Shown: in pieces, positions 39,437 to 49,332 of the stretch
How positions within the stretch are numbered: position 1 is the first letter of the stretch
Layout of the letters: each line of letters begins with the position of its first letter
Source: Obrimoposthia wandeli
Lineage: Eukaryota
DNA: 64,000 bases
Assembly: GCA_977020255.1 (NCBI GenBank)
Contig: CDROCS010001089.1
Location: 496,001 to 560,000, forward strand
Direction: 5' to 3'
Position numbers and translations under genes: made by a program
Notes under the pieces: model-generated
Databases searched by the model: none
Seen by the model: the letters and a program-made list of their open reading frames with translations, nothing else
Told to the model about the DNA's origin: nothing

Positions 39437-40630
39437 TTATTCAATAAAAAATTCTAATAGATCGTTTAAAAACAATGCCCCTTGTGCAGTAGGCGCTATA
39501 TTTTGATCTACAGATAACAAGCCTTTTGCTTGCGCGTTATCCAATGCGTGTTGCAAACTAGCTAAAGATTGCCCAGTACGTTGTTGATAATATTCAATAG
39601 GTACCCCAGTTTTAAGTCGCAATGCATTCATCATAAACTCAAAAGGTAGTTCCTGGGCTGCTAGAGTATTTTCTCCACCCAATGGATTTAGATGGCTTAA
39701 ATAGCTCTTGGGTGAACGTTTTTTCCAGCGTCTTATAATTTCCAAAGACTGTGTTTGTTTATCGTAAAAGCTCAGCTTGCCATGAGCACCTGCGCCTATG
39801 CCGAAATAATCTCCAAACTGCCAATAATTAATATTGTGCTGCGCTTGGCAACCCGCTTTTGCATAAGCCGAAATTTCATATTGCTCAAAACCGGCCCTAG
39901 CGATCAGTGTTTGTCCTGCTTGTTGTATATCCCAAAGTGCATCTATATCGGGTAATACTGGCGGGCGGGCGTAGAACTCAGTATTGGGTTCAATGGTTAA
40001 CTGATACCAAGATAAGTGATCGCTGCCAAGGGCAATTGCAGTGTCTAAATCTTGCAGAGCTTGTTGCGGGCTTTGTTTTGCTAAACCGTGCATTAAATCG
40101 ATATTAATATGCTCAAAACCTAATTGAGATGCCGCTTGAATCGCTTTTATAGCCTCGTCTGCACTGTGAATTCTACCTAATTGGGCTAAGTGCTTGTCAT
40201 TAAAGCTTTGCACTCCCACGGATAATCGATTAACACCCGCAGCTTTAAAGCCGGCAAAGCGCTCGCGCTCAAAAGTGCCAGGGTTTGCCTCCATGGTGAT
40301 TTCGATATTGGTTGCAAAAGGTACTATTTTTTCAGCTTCGTGCAGTATTTCACCGATGGCTGCTGCACTAAATAAGCTAGGAGTACCACCCCCAATAAAA
40401 ATACTGCTGATTTTACGATCTTGCGCGGCATTTTTTTCTGCCGCTAAATCTGCTAATAAAGCTTTTACATATGCAGATTCCGGGATCTCACCGCGCACTG
40501 CATGCGAATTAAAATCGCAATAAGGGCATTTTTTAACACACCAAGGGATGTGAATATAAAGTGCTAGCGGCGGTAAAATGGCTGTTGTTGCAGTGATAGA
40601 GTTTTCAGCAGTGGATGTGAGCTTGGGCAT
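39437..40630 (-). CDS. hemW: Radical SAM heme chaperone HemW
   Basis: LYIHIPWCVKKCPYCDFNSH, IFIGGGTPSL, EANPGT, NIDLMHGL, YEISAY, GIGAGAHGK; adjacent to rdgB. Confidence 0.93.
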   Translation of the reverse strand: MPKLTSTAENSITATTAILPPLALYIHIPWCVKKCPYCDFNSHAVRGEIPESAYVKALLADLAAEKNAAQDRKISSIFIGGGTPSLFSAAAIGEILHEAEKIVPFATNIEITMEANPGTFERERFAGFKAAGVNRLSVGVQSFNDKHLAQLGRIHSADEAIKAIQAASQLGFEHINIDLMHGLAKQSPQQALQDLDTAIALGSDHLSWYQLTIEPNTEFYARPPVLPDIDALWDIQQAGQTLIARAGFEQYEISAYAKAGCQAQHNINYWQFGDYFGIGAGAHGKLSFYDKQTQSLEIIRRWKKRSPKSYLSHLNPLGGENTLAAQELPFEFMMNALRLKTGVPIEYYQQRTGQSLASLQHALDNAQAKGLLSVDQNIAPTAQGALFLNDLLEFFIE

Positions 40631-41241
40631 TATTTTAAATAATCTTGAATTTGTGTCACAAACTGCGCGACCGCTTTACCGCGATGGCTAATTTTGTGTT
40701 TTTGGGCAGGTGTTAATTGTGCAGCTGCGAGTTGTTGGCCATCAATTAGATCAGGGTTTATCAAAAAGAGAGGATCGTAACCAAAGCCAGATTCTCCGCG
40801 AGGAGCCGTTAAAATGCTGCCTTCTAGCGCGCCTTGGCATATTAACGGAGTAGGGTCTTTTGCATGGCGCATAAAAACCAGTGCACAGCGAAATCTAGCG
40901 CTGCGTTGCGCAGTTTCAACACCTGCTAATGCTTGTATCAGCTTAATGTTGTTAGCAGCATCTCCCGCACCAGAGTAGCGCGATGAATAAATACCTGGCG
41001 CGCCGAGTAAAGCATCAACTTCTAAGCCTGAATCATCCGCTAGTGCAGGTAAACCAGTTGCCTCACAGGCATGTCGCGCTTTTAAGATTGCATTTTCGAC
41101 AAAAGTTAAGCCTGTTTCATCTGCATCGCTCACTTGTAGCGTTTGCTGGCTAATCAGCTGAATATTTAAAGGGCGAAAAATCTCACTGAATTCTAGGATC
41201 TTTCCCTTATTAGAGCTGGCTAATACAATTTTATCTATCAT
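40630..41241 (-). CDS. rdgB: Non-canonical purine NTP pyrophosphatase
   Basis: LASSNKGKILEF, ETGLTFVENAILKARHA, ADDSGL, GAPGIYSSRY, GFGYDPLF, SHRGKA. Confidence 0.95.
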   Translation of the reverse strand: MIDKIVLASSNKGKILEFSEIFRPLNIQLISQQTLQVSDADETGLTFVENAILKARHACEATGLPALADDSGLEVDALLGAPGIYSSRYSGAGDAANNIKLIQALAGVETAQRSARFRCALVFMRHAKDPTPLICQGALEGSILTAPRGESGFGYDPLFLINPDLIDGQQLAAAQLTPAQKHKISHRGKAVAQFVTQIQDYLK

Positions 41242-41330
41242 TTTTTTACTCGAATTTAGATCTCGAATTTAAGCCCCTGAATACAAGTCTCGAGCTTAAG
41301 GCGCTATTTGGCAAGTCTTTCAATAACGCA

Positions 41331-41798
41331 TTAATCCACGAAGAACTTTTGTGAAAGCTCTAATTTGATGGCCGCTTGATTTGGATCGGGCTGTACTTGT
41401 ACATTGAAATTCATCTGTTCTTCATTGGCAAAGCGAAAACTAGCGATGTAATAAATGGCTTTTCCTTCAGCAATAGTGGCAAACTTTAATGACTGTTGTT
41501 GACCAAGTAAGTTTTGTACAGTGCCAGTGTTAATGCTTCTGACGGGGGTTGTGGTGCCATCGGTGTTTTTCTTTAGTACCGCGATGTTGAGCATGGCATT
41601 AAACTTACTGCGCACCAGCTGATTCTTTTTAGCAGCATTAGCATCTATAGCGGTGCTGTTAAAAGCATTGTAGTGAATTAGATACTGCCCTGTCTCTATG
41701 ACTTGCTCAGCCATTAAGTTGGTGCTGAGTAAGCTAAATAGCACTATTCTCAACAGCCTAATTTTTAGCTGCGTCATCCCGAAGTATTTTTTCATCAT
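41331..41798 (-). CDS. DUF4426 (YggI-like) exported protein
   Basis: IHYNAFNST, LNIAVL, NLLGQ, EGKAIYYIA; conserved position upstream of rdgB. Confidence 0.85.
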   Translation of the reverse strand: MMKKYFGMTQLKIRLLRIVLFSLLSTNLMAEQVIETGQYLIHYNAFNSTAIDANAAKKNQLVRSKFNAMLNIAVLKKNTDGTTTPVRSINTGTVQNLLGQQQSLKFATIAEGKAIYYIASFRFANEEQMNFNVQVQPDPNQAAIKLELSQKFFVD

Positions 41799-41925
41799 TT
41801 TCTCGTTAATTAGTTCGCTAGCATTTTATTGAATATAATCCGACGCTTTAAATGTTACTCATCAGCAAGGGCGTCGTTATTCTTATTAACCAAGCAGTTG
41901 AACAGTTATCTTAATTTAATGACGA

Positions 41926-42468
41926 TTAAATTAAGAATGGACGCAACTGCGATTGAATTAGCTGGATAGCAATAAAAATCAAAATGGGTGATAAATCGAA
42001 ACCACCCATAGGAGGCAGTGCTTTGCCAACTAACCGGTACAGCGGTGAAGAGATTTGCATAATTAACTGTGGTGCAGGATGTGGGCTATCCGGCGCTATC
42101 CAGCTAAGAATGACTGAACCCATCACCGCATAGAATATAATATCTAACAAGATATTTAATACACCAATAACAGCATAGAGAAAGAGGCTGGCGATCGGAA
42201 TTAACTGGCTGCCTAAGGCATACACCGCATATAAAATGACGGCGTTGAGCACTATGGCTAAAATCACGGGAGAAATATCAATGTTCAGTATTTTAGGGAT
42301 GATTTTTTGTAACGGGTTGATGACCGGTTGAGTAATACGTACGATCCCCTGCGAAATAGGATTGTAATAGTCCGCTTTCGCCAATTGCAATATTAGTCGT
42401 AGCAGTAAGATAAAAACATAAAGTTGACCTAAAGTACGGATGATCAAAATTAGTGGATTAGAGTCCAT
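41926..42468 (-). CDS. yggT: YggT-family membrane protein
   Basis: ADYYNPISQGIVRITQP, ILSWI, PPMGGFDLSPIL; two YGGT repeats. Confidence 0.9.
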   Translation of the reverse strand: MDSNPLILIIRTLGQLYVFILLLRLILQLAKADYYNPISQGIVRITQPVINPLQKIIPKILNIDISPVILAIVLNAVILYAVYALGSQLIPIASLFLYAVIGVLNILLDIIFYAVMGSVILSWIAPDSPHPAPQLIMQISSPLYRLVGKALPPMGGFDLSPILIFIAIQLIQSQLRPFLI

Positions 42469-42560
42469 AAGTTATTTGTCCAATTAGTTACTATGAAAAA
42501 TTCAGAAGTTTAGCATTCATTTGTAGCCCATGTCTGAAAAAATTTTAGAAAGCACAGAGA

Positions 42561-43412
42561 TTAAACGAGCTCTTTGGCTAGCTGCTCAGACCTTTCTATA
42601 TTTGCCTGCATGCCGTTTTTAATGATCTGGGCAAAGCCTGCTTTTTCGAAGCTGAATACTGTTTGCTCAGTGGTTCCTTTAGGTGACATCACCTGCTGTT
42701 TGAGCTGTGCAGGGCTTAAGTCACTTTGCTGGGCAATGGCTGCAGCCCCCATTGCGGTTTGTAGTGCTAATTGCTCGGCAGTTTCTCTAGGAAGTCCTTG
42801 TGAGACCGCGGCGTCGATCATTGATTCCATCAGCATAAAGAAATAGGCCGGGCCAGATCCAGATAATGCTGTTACGGCATCTAGCTGTGTTTCGTTTTCA
42901 ACCCACAGGGCTATACCGGTAGTGGCAATTATTTGTTGAGCAAGCTGTTTTTGGCGGTCACTGACTTTTGCATTAGCGCATAGCGCGCTGGCGCCAAGCT
43001 TTACTAAAGCTGGTGTATTAGGCATACAGCGTACAACGGCCAAATTACCCCCTAGCCATCGCTCGATACTTTGTGAAGTCACACCTGCTGCAACAGAAAC
43101 AAACAGCGGCTGGCGCTGTTGGGCAGCATTTACCAGAGGGCTCACAACCGATTGCATCAACTGTGGCTTTACACCTAACACGACAATATCAGATGCCAGT
43201 ACTGCCTGGGCGTTATCGGTAGCGGTTTTAATACCTTTTGCGGCTAAGTCTTCAAGTTTTTTAAGATCTCGCCCAGTTGCAAAAATATGTGCTGCTGGGT
43301 AACCATTTTTTAGCATACCGCCAATAATGGCTCTAGACATATTACCCGCACCTATAAAAGCAATGTATGGCGCAGCGGCAGAAGGTGTAGTTGGCTTGAT
43401 AGTTGATTGCAT
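42561..43412 (-). CDS. proC: Pyrroline-5-carboxylate reductase
   Basis: FIGAGNMSRAI, VKPQ, VRCMPNTP, ALSGSGPAYFF, VMSPKGTT. Confidence 0.96.
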   Translation of the reverse strand: MQSTIKPTTPSAAAPYIAFIGAGNMSRAIIGGMLKNGYPAAHIFATGRDLKKLEDLAAKGIKTATDNAQAVLASDIVVLGVKPQLMQSVVSPLVNAAQQRQPLFVSVAAGVTSQSIERWLGGNLAVVRCMPNTPALVKLGASALCANAKVSDRQKQLAQQIIATTGIALWVENETQLDAVTALSGSGPAYFFMLMESMIDAAVSQGLPRETAEQLALQTAMGAAAIAQQSDLSPAQLKQQVMSPKGTTEQTVFSFEKAGFAQIIKNGMQANIERSEQLAKELV

Positions 43413-43482
43413 AAGTGGCTCTTAAATAAATGAATGAATTTAGCTTTTATAGTAGCTGTAAGGCAGGTTAAACCAAATCAAG

Positions 43483-44181
43483 CTAAGCTTTATTGGTATA
43501 GTCCCTAGCGCCAAATAACGCTGTACCTACTCTTATAATCGTTGCGCCACACTCAATCGCAGGGCCTATATCAGCAGACATTCCCATTGATAGGGTATCT
43601 AAAGATGGGTGATGTTGCTGGCACTGTTTTAACAGATCAGCAAGAGCACTAAAAGCTTGCTGCTGCTCAACAGCATCAGTAGTAGCCTTAGGTATCGCCA
43701 TTAATCCACGTACTTTCAACTGGGGTAATAATACTACTTGTTCGATGAGTTGTAATGTTTCATCAATTAAGCATCCTGCTTTATTACTTTCGTTAGAGAT
43801 ATTAACTTGGATACAAATATTTAATGGCCCTAAATCATCCGGACGTTGCTCTGCTAAACGCTTGGCAATTTTTAAGCGATCAACACTGTGTACCCAGCTG
43901 AAGTTTTCTGCAATAGCGCGGGTTTTATTTGACTGAATAGGGCCGATAAAATGCCATATAAGAGGTAAGTCTTGTAGTATATGCTGCTTATCTAAAGCTT
44001 CTTGCAAGTAGTTTTCGCCAAAGTGCTGTTGGCCTAAAAGGTACAACTGCTTAAGCTGATCAGCAGGGCGAGTTTTGCTCACGGCAAGTAATTGCACGGA
44101 TTGTGTTGAGCGCTCGGCTTTTTGGCACAAGTCATTAATGTTATTGTTTACTTGGGTAAAGTTACTGGCTATATCGGTCAT
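43483..44181 (-). CDS. yggS: Pyridoxal phosphate homeostasis protein (YggS/PlpHP)
   Basis: LLAVSKT, FGENYLQEA, WHFIGPIQSNKT, LSMGMS, IRVGTALFGAR. Confidence 0.96.
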   Translation of the reverse strand: MTDIASNFTQVNNNINDLCQKAERSTQSVQLLAVSKTRPADQLKQLYLLGQQHFGENYLQEALDKQHILQDLPLIWHFIGPIQSNKTRAIAENFSWVHSVDRLKIAKRLAEQRPDDLGPLNICIQVNISNESNKAGCLIDETLQLIEQVVLLPQLKVRGLMAIPKATTDAVEQQQAFSALADLLKQCQQHHPSLDTLSMGMSADIGPAIECGATIIRVGTALFGARDYTNKA

Positions 44182-44377
44182 ATGATTTTTTATAAATTAA
44201 CTGTTGTTATATGTGAGTAACGATCTAACTAAGTAATTCTTAATATGCGTAATAATAATTATTATTAAAACGGGATAAATCCTATTGGATTAATAGGTAG
44301 AATTTAACTATGGTTAATCACCATTTATTCAAAGCCGCTGCTTTGGTGCTAAAAATATCACAAAAGAGATTATAAAT

Positions 44378-45412
44378 ATGGATATTACAGAGTTACTATC
44401 ATTTTCTGTGCAGCAAAAAGCATCAGATTTGCATATTACCGCGGGATTGCCACCAATGATACGGGTGGATGGTGAAATCCGCAGAATTAAGATGGATGCA
44501 TTACAAGATAAAGAAGTGCAAACACTCATTTATGACATCATGAGTGATAGAGTACGTAAAGATTATGAAGACAACTGGGAAGCCGATTTTTCTTTTGAAG
44601 TGCCAGGACTCGCGCGTTTTCGTGTAAACGCTTTTAATCAAAATAGAGGCGCGGCTGCAGTCTTTAGAACGATCCCTAGCACTATTTTGAGTATGGCTGA
44701 CTTAGGTATGGGCACTATATTTGAATCTTTAGCGAATAAACCTCGCGGTCTAGTGTTAGTCACAGGGCCTACTGGTTCCGGTAAAAGTACTACTTTAGCA
44801 GCGATGATTAACTATATAAATGAAACACGTGCTGATCATATTTTGACTCTAGAAGACCCTATTGAGTTTGTACATGAAAGTAAAAAAAGCCTAATTAACC
44901 AGCGTGAAGTTTCCCGTGATACGCGTAGTTTTAGTGCGGCACTTCGCTCAGCGCTTAGAGAAGACCCCGATGTAATATTAGTCGGCGAAATGCGTGATTT
45001 AGAAACGATACGTCTAGCGATATCAGCCGCAGAAACGGGTCATTTAGTGTTTGGTACATTACATACTACCTCTGCATCAAAAACCATGGACAGAATTATC
45101 GATGTTTTTCCAGGTGGCGAAAAAGACATGGTGAGAGCGATGCTTTCAGAATCATTAGAGGGGATCGTATCACAGAATTTACTGAAGAAAGTAGGTGGTG
45201 GGCGGGTTGCTGTACATGAAATTTTAGTAGGTACACCGGCTATTCGCAATTTGATTCGCGAATCTAAAGTAGCGCAAATATTCTCTGCGATTCAAACAGG
45301 TTCAGCGTTGGGTATGACTACTATGGATCAATCATTAGCTAAATTAGTGCGTGAGGGGACAATTACTCGTGAAACTGCGCGTGAGAAAGCCAAGGTACCT
45401 AGCGCTTTTTAA
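44378..45412 (+). CDS. pilT: Type IV pilus retraction ATPase
   Basis: ASDLHI, RFRVNAF, GPTGSGKSTT, LEDPIEFVH, ALREDPD, AAETGHLVFGTLHT, AIRNLIRE; divergent from yggS. Confidence 0.96.
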   Translation: MDITELLSFSVQQKASDLHITAGLPPMIRVDGEIRRIKMDALQDKEVQTLIYDIMSDRVRKDYEDNWEADFSFEVPGLARFRVNAFNQNRGAAAVFRTIPSTILSMADLGMGTIFESLANKPRGLVLVTGPTGSGKSTTLAAMINYINETRADHILTLEDPIEFVHESKKSLINQREVSRDTRSFSAALRSALREDPDVILVGEMRDLETIRLAISAAETGHLVFGTLHTTSASKTMDRIIDVFPGGEKDMVRAMLSESLEGIVSQNLLKKVGGGRVAVHEILVGTPAIRNLIRESKVAQIFSAIQTGSALGMTTMDQSLAKLVREGTITRETAREKAKVPSAF

Positions 45413-45421
45413 AGTACAGAT

Positions 45422-45573
45422 CATTAGTGTCCGGTTTAATTTTTGTTGTTCTTTAACTCATTGATTTTACGTTAACCACAAGTGTTATTTGGCTGAAAAA
45501 ATCCAATTAACTATGCTAGAAAACCACAAATCAATGAGTTAGAGAGCTTACACTTTTTAGCCGGACAGCAATG
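45422..45573. mobile_element. MITE family A, copy 2 (152 bp, intact, 9-bp TSD AGTACAGAT)
   Basis: TIRs CATTAGTGTCCGG / CCGGACAGCAATG. Identical 9-mers at 45413-45421 and 45574-45582. Internal IR AACTCATTGATTT / AAATCAATGAGTT. Confidence 0.93.
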
Positions 45574-45837
45574 AGTACAGATATTTTGTCATTTATTGTT
45601 GTTACATTAATGAATAGTTTCATTTGCAGGCAGTTGGAAAGTAGGGATATGCTAAAAAAACTACCTGCATTTGGTTTAGGGCCAGTAACTAATATTTAAG
45701 TCATAACAATCACAATACTGTATTGAATCATCTAGAATAGAGTATTGTAGGATACTGCCAGCCAATGCTGGATGTATATGGAAATACAGCGCACCATCAA
45801 AAATGGATTTTATAAAATTGACGAAAAAGGTAAATTT

Positions 45838-46947
45838 GTGACTCTTACTCAGTTCTTGACAGTAATTATAGAAAAGAAAGCTTCCGATTTGTTTTTAGTC
45901 GTTGGGGCAAAAGCAAATATAAGAGTAAGTGGCAAATTACTGCCTATATCTGAAGAAGTATTATCTCTTGAAGAGGTTAGATCTTTAGTTTTCAGTTCTA
46001 TGAATGCTCGCCAAAAATTAGAATTTGAAAACACCCAAGAATGTAATTTTGCCGTTAGTACAGAGCAAGGACGATTTCGGGTAAGTGCCTATTATCAGCG
46101 TGGTACTCCGGCAATGGTGGTTAGACGCATTCACACACAAATACCCAGCATGGAAAGCTTACAGCTGCCTAATGTATTGAAAGAATTGGCGCTATCTAAT
46201 CGTGGGCTTATTTTATTTGTTGGTGCAACTGGCACTGGAAAAACAACTTCTTTAGCTTCTTTAATTGATTATCGCAATGCTAATAGTGCGGGTCATATCA
46301 TTACCATTGAAGATCCTATTGAATATATGCACGAGCATAAAAAAAGTATTATCACGCAGCGTGAGATAAGCATAGATACAGAATCATTCGATATGGCCTT
46401 GCAAAATAGCTTAAGACAATCCCCCGATGTGATTTTAATGGGTGAGATACGCAACATAGATGTAATGCGTTTCGGCTTAACCTTTGCTGAAACAGGTCAG
46501 TTATGCCTTGCAACATTGCATGCGAATAACGCCGACCAAGCTTTAAATCGAATTATCAATATGTTCCCTGTTGAGTACCACGCGAAATTGCGCCTAGAGT
46601 TGTCAGTAAATCTCAAGGCAATCATCGCACAGCAACTAGTGCCCGCTAAAAATGGTAAAGAGCGTAGAGTCGCCACTGAAATTCTAACTAACACGCCTTT
46701 AGTGAGTGAATTGATTAGTAAAGGGCGATTCAGCGAAATTAAAGATGTGATGAAAAAATCTAACAACTTAGGCATGCAAACCTTTGATCAATCTTTATAC
46801 AAACTCTATTTGCATGGCGAAATTAGCTATGATTCAGCGCTATCGCACGCTGATTCTGCAAATGATTTACGCTTGATGATTAAGCTCAGCGCTGATACGC
46901 AAATTGACAGCGACGTTGCTGATTACCAGTTCTCGTTACAAGATTAA
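45838..46947 (+). CDS. pilU: Type IV pilus retraction ATPase PilU
   Basis: ASDLF, GRFRVSAYYQRG, GATGTGKTT, IEDPIEYMH, SLRQSPD, FAETGQLCLATLHANNA, GMQTFDQSL. Start placed at GTG 45838 after AAAGG. Confidence 0.93.
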   Translation: MTLTQFLTVIIEKKASDLFLVVGAKANIRVSGKLLPISEEVLSLEEVRSLVFSSMNARQKLEFENTQECNFAVSTEQGRFRVSAYYQRGTPAMVVRRIHTQIPSMESLQLPNVLKELALSNRGLILFVGATGTGKTTSLASLIDYRNANSAGHIITIEDPIEYMHEHKKSIITQREISIDTESFDMALQNSLRQSPDVILMGEIRNIDVMRFGLTFAETGQLCLATLHANNADQALNRIINMFPVEYHAKLRLELSVNLKAIIAQQLVPAKNGKERRVATEILTNTPLVSELISKGRFSEIKDVMKKSNNLGMQTFDQSLYKLYLHGEISYDSALSHADSANDLRLMIKLSADTQIDSDVADYQFSLQD

Positions 46948-46993
46948 GTGACAAGGTGTCTGTAACCGCCCTTGTTTGTGACTGGCTTTAGCC

Positions 46994-49144
46994 TCATGTT
47001 TCGTCTTTCATAGAAAGCGCAATACGTTTGCGCGCTAAATCAACTTCTACTACACGCACTTGCACAATTTGACCTGTTTTCACTACGGTATGCGGATCTT
47101 TCACAAACTGATTAGCTAGTTGCGAAATGTGTACTAAACCGTCTTGATGTACTCCAATATCAACAAAAGCACCAAAATTGGTAACATTTGTGACCACGCC
47201 TTCAAGTTGCATAGCAATTTCTAAATCATTAACACTGTTAACGCGCTCATCGAATTGGCTAGTTTTAAATTCAGGCCTCGGATCTCTCGCGGGCTTTGCA
47301 AGCTCATCAATAGTGTCATTAATTGTGTAAGATCCAAAATTTTGATAACTAAAAGCGCCGCTTTTTAATTGCTCTGTTAATTGGGAATTGCCAATTAACT
47401 GCTCAGTGGTTACTTGTAGATTGCTGGCCATCTGTGCAACTAAGGCATAGCTTTCAGGGTGTACAGCGCTGTTGTCTAAAGGTTGTTTCGGGTTATTTAA
47501 GCGCAAAAAACCTGCGCATTGTTGGTAAGATTTGGCACCTAGCCCTGTCACTTTTAACAGCGTTTTTCGATTGAAAAACTCGCCATTTTTATCACGCATA
47601 GCCACAATGTTTTCAGCAATAGTGCGGTTAATTCCCGCCACTTGTGAGAGCAACTGCACCGAGGCGCTATTTAGATTAACACCTACCTTGTTTACACAAT
47701 CTTCTACAACAGCCATCAGTTTCATTTGCAGTGCTTTTTGATTTACATCGTGCTGATACTGTCCCACGCCAATCGCTTTAGGCTCAATTTTAACCAATTC
47801 AGCGAGTGGATCTTGCAAGCGCCTAGCAATAGAAATAGCGCCGCGAATGCTAACATCGATGCTAGGGAATTCTTTACTGGCAAGTTCGGAAGCTGAGTAA
47901 ACAGAGGCGCCTGCTTCACTGACCATAATTGGAATAAAATCTTGATCACATTGGCTCAATAGCTCTTTTGCAAGTAGTTCAGTTTCTCTAGAAGCGGTGC
48001 CGTTACCAATACTGACCAGTTCAACAGCGTGTTTTTCTATTAATACGCGCAAGCTTGCAAGTGCTGTATCCCACTGCTTTTGTGGCGCATGAGGGTAAAT
48101 AACACTGTAGGCGAGTAACTCCCCAGTATTTCCTACCACGGCAACTTTTACACCACTGCGTAATCCAGGATCGAGCCCCATCGTTACTTTTTGGCCGGCG
48201 GGAGCGGCCATTAAAATATCCTTTAAGTTGGTGGCAAAAACTTCAATAGATTCAAGTTCAGCCCTTTCGCGTAATGTTTTGCTTAAATCACTTTCTAGTT
48301 GCGGTAGCAATTTAGCTTGCCAAGCGTTAACAGCCAATTGGCGCAACCAATAATCTTGACTGCGCCGAGTGTTATTGAGTTTTAAATGCTGTTCAATTAG
48401 TTTCGTAGGGTAGTGGGAATTGTGTTCAGGCGCGCTAATTTGCAGCTTTAAAACACCCTCTTTAATCCCGCGAAAGATAGCCAGCGCACGATGTGCGGGA
48501 ATTTTGTTTAATGCTTGAGAAAAAGCAAAATAATCGCGAAATTTACTGTGCTCATCGTTTTTGCCACGCTTCACTTTAACGTCTAATGAAGCGTTGTCAG
48601 CTAACCAATTACGTAGCTGTTTTAATAGTTGAGCATTCTCAGTTAACGATTCTATTAAGATATGCTCAACACCAAGTAGTGCTTGTTCAGCATTCTCAAT
48701 GCCCAATTTAGGATTGATGAATTGCTTGGCGATATACTCAGGGTTAACACTTTGTTCGCCGTTGATCTGCTCTGCTAAGGGCTGTAACCCAGCTTGTTTA
48801 GCGATGCTGGCTTTTGAGTTGCGCTTAACTTTAAACGGCAGGTATAAATCTTCAAGCTCCGTTTTAATGTTACAGTTTTCAATGGCTTGTTTTAAATTAT
48901 CGCTCAATAACCCTTGCTGCTCAATATTGAGTAAAATGCTTTGGCGACGCTTGTGTAATAGGCGCAAATAATCCAGGCGCTCTGCTAACTTACGCAACTG
49001 AATATCATCTAAGGCAGTGGTTACTTCTTTGCGATAGCGGGCGATGAAAGCCACCGTATCACCTTGATCAAGTAGCTCAATAGTAGCGCTTACTTGTTGT
49101 GGCTTTACATTGAGTTCAGAGGCGATTTGTTGAGCAATAAGCAT
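46994..49144 (-). CDS. tex: Tex-family RNA-binding transcription accessory protein
   Basis: FIARYRKEVT, ELEDLYLPFK, GLDPGLRSGVK, SEAGASVYSAS, GVGQYQHDV, C-terminal S1 (FGAFVDIGVHQDGLVHISQL). Confidence 0.95.
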   Translation of the reverse strand: MLIAQQIASELNVKPQQVSATIELLDQGDTVAFIARYRKEVTTALDDIQLRKLAERLDYLRLLHKRRQSILLNIEQQGLLSDNLKQAIENCNIKTELEDLYLPFKVKRNSKASIAKQAGLQPLAEQINGEQSVNPEYIAKQFINPKLGIENAEQALLGVEHILIESLTENAQLLKQLRNWLADNASLDVKVKRGKNDEHSKFRDYFAFSQALNKIPAHRALAIFRGIKEGVLKLQISAPEHNSHYPTKLIEQHLKLNNTRRSQDYWLRQLAVNAWQAKLLPQLESDLSKTLRERAELESIEVFATNLKDILMAAPAGQKVTMGLDPGLRSGVKVAVVGNTGELLAYSVIYPHAPQKQWDTALASLRVLIEKHAVELVSIGNGTASRETELLAKELLSQCDQDFIPIMVSEAGASVYSASELASKEFPSIDVSIRGAISIARRLQDPLAELVKIEPKAIGVGQYQHDVNQKALQMKLMAVVEDCVNKVGVNLNSASVQLLSQVAGINRTIAENIVAMRDKNGEFFNRKTLLKVTGLGAKSYQQCAGFLRLNNPKQPLDNSAVHPESYALVAQMASNLQVTTEQLIGNSQLTEQLKSGAFSYQNFGSYTINDTIDELAKPARDPRPEFKTSQFDERVNSVNDLEIAMQLEGVVTNVTNFGAFVDIGVHQDGLVHISQLANQFVKDPHTVVKTGQIVQVRVVEVDLARKRIALSMKDET

Positions 49145-49332
49145 AATTAAAACCGAAGTAAAAGAGCATAGTATAAACATTTCAAGCGGTTATAGGTTAC
49201 TAATTTACTAAGTGCGGCTATATAATTGAGAGCAGTACGCTCCGCACACCATCATTACGCTATGCATCACATAATGGCTCAGGTTAAGGGATATTATTGT
49301 CAATAATTACAGTAGAATAGTGATTAACCTTT

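Noticed and set aside
41242-41300. Three loose CTCGA(A/G)(T/C)TTA repeats between rdgB and DUF4426
   Set aside because: Short, irregularly spaced and with no assignable function; could be chance or a decayed microsatellite.
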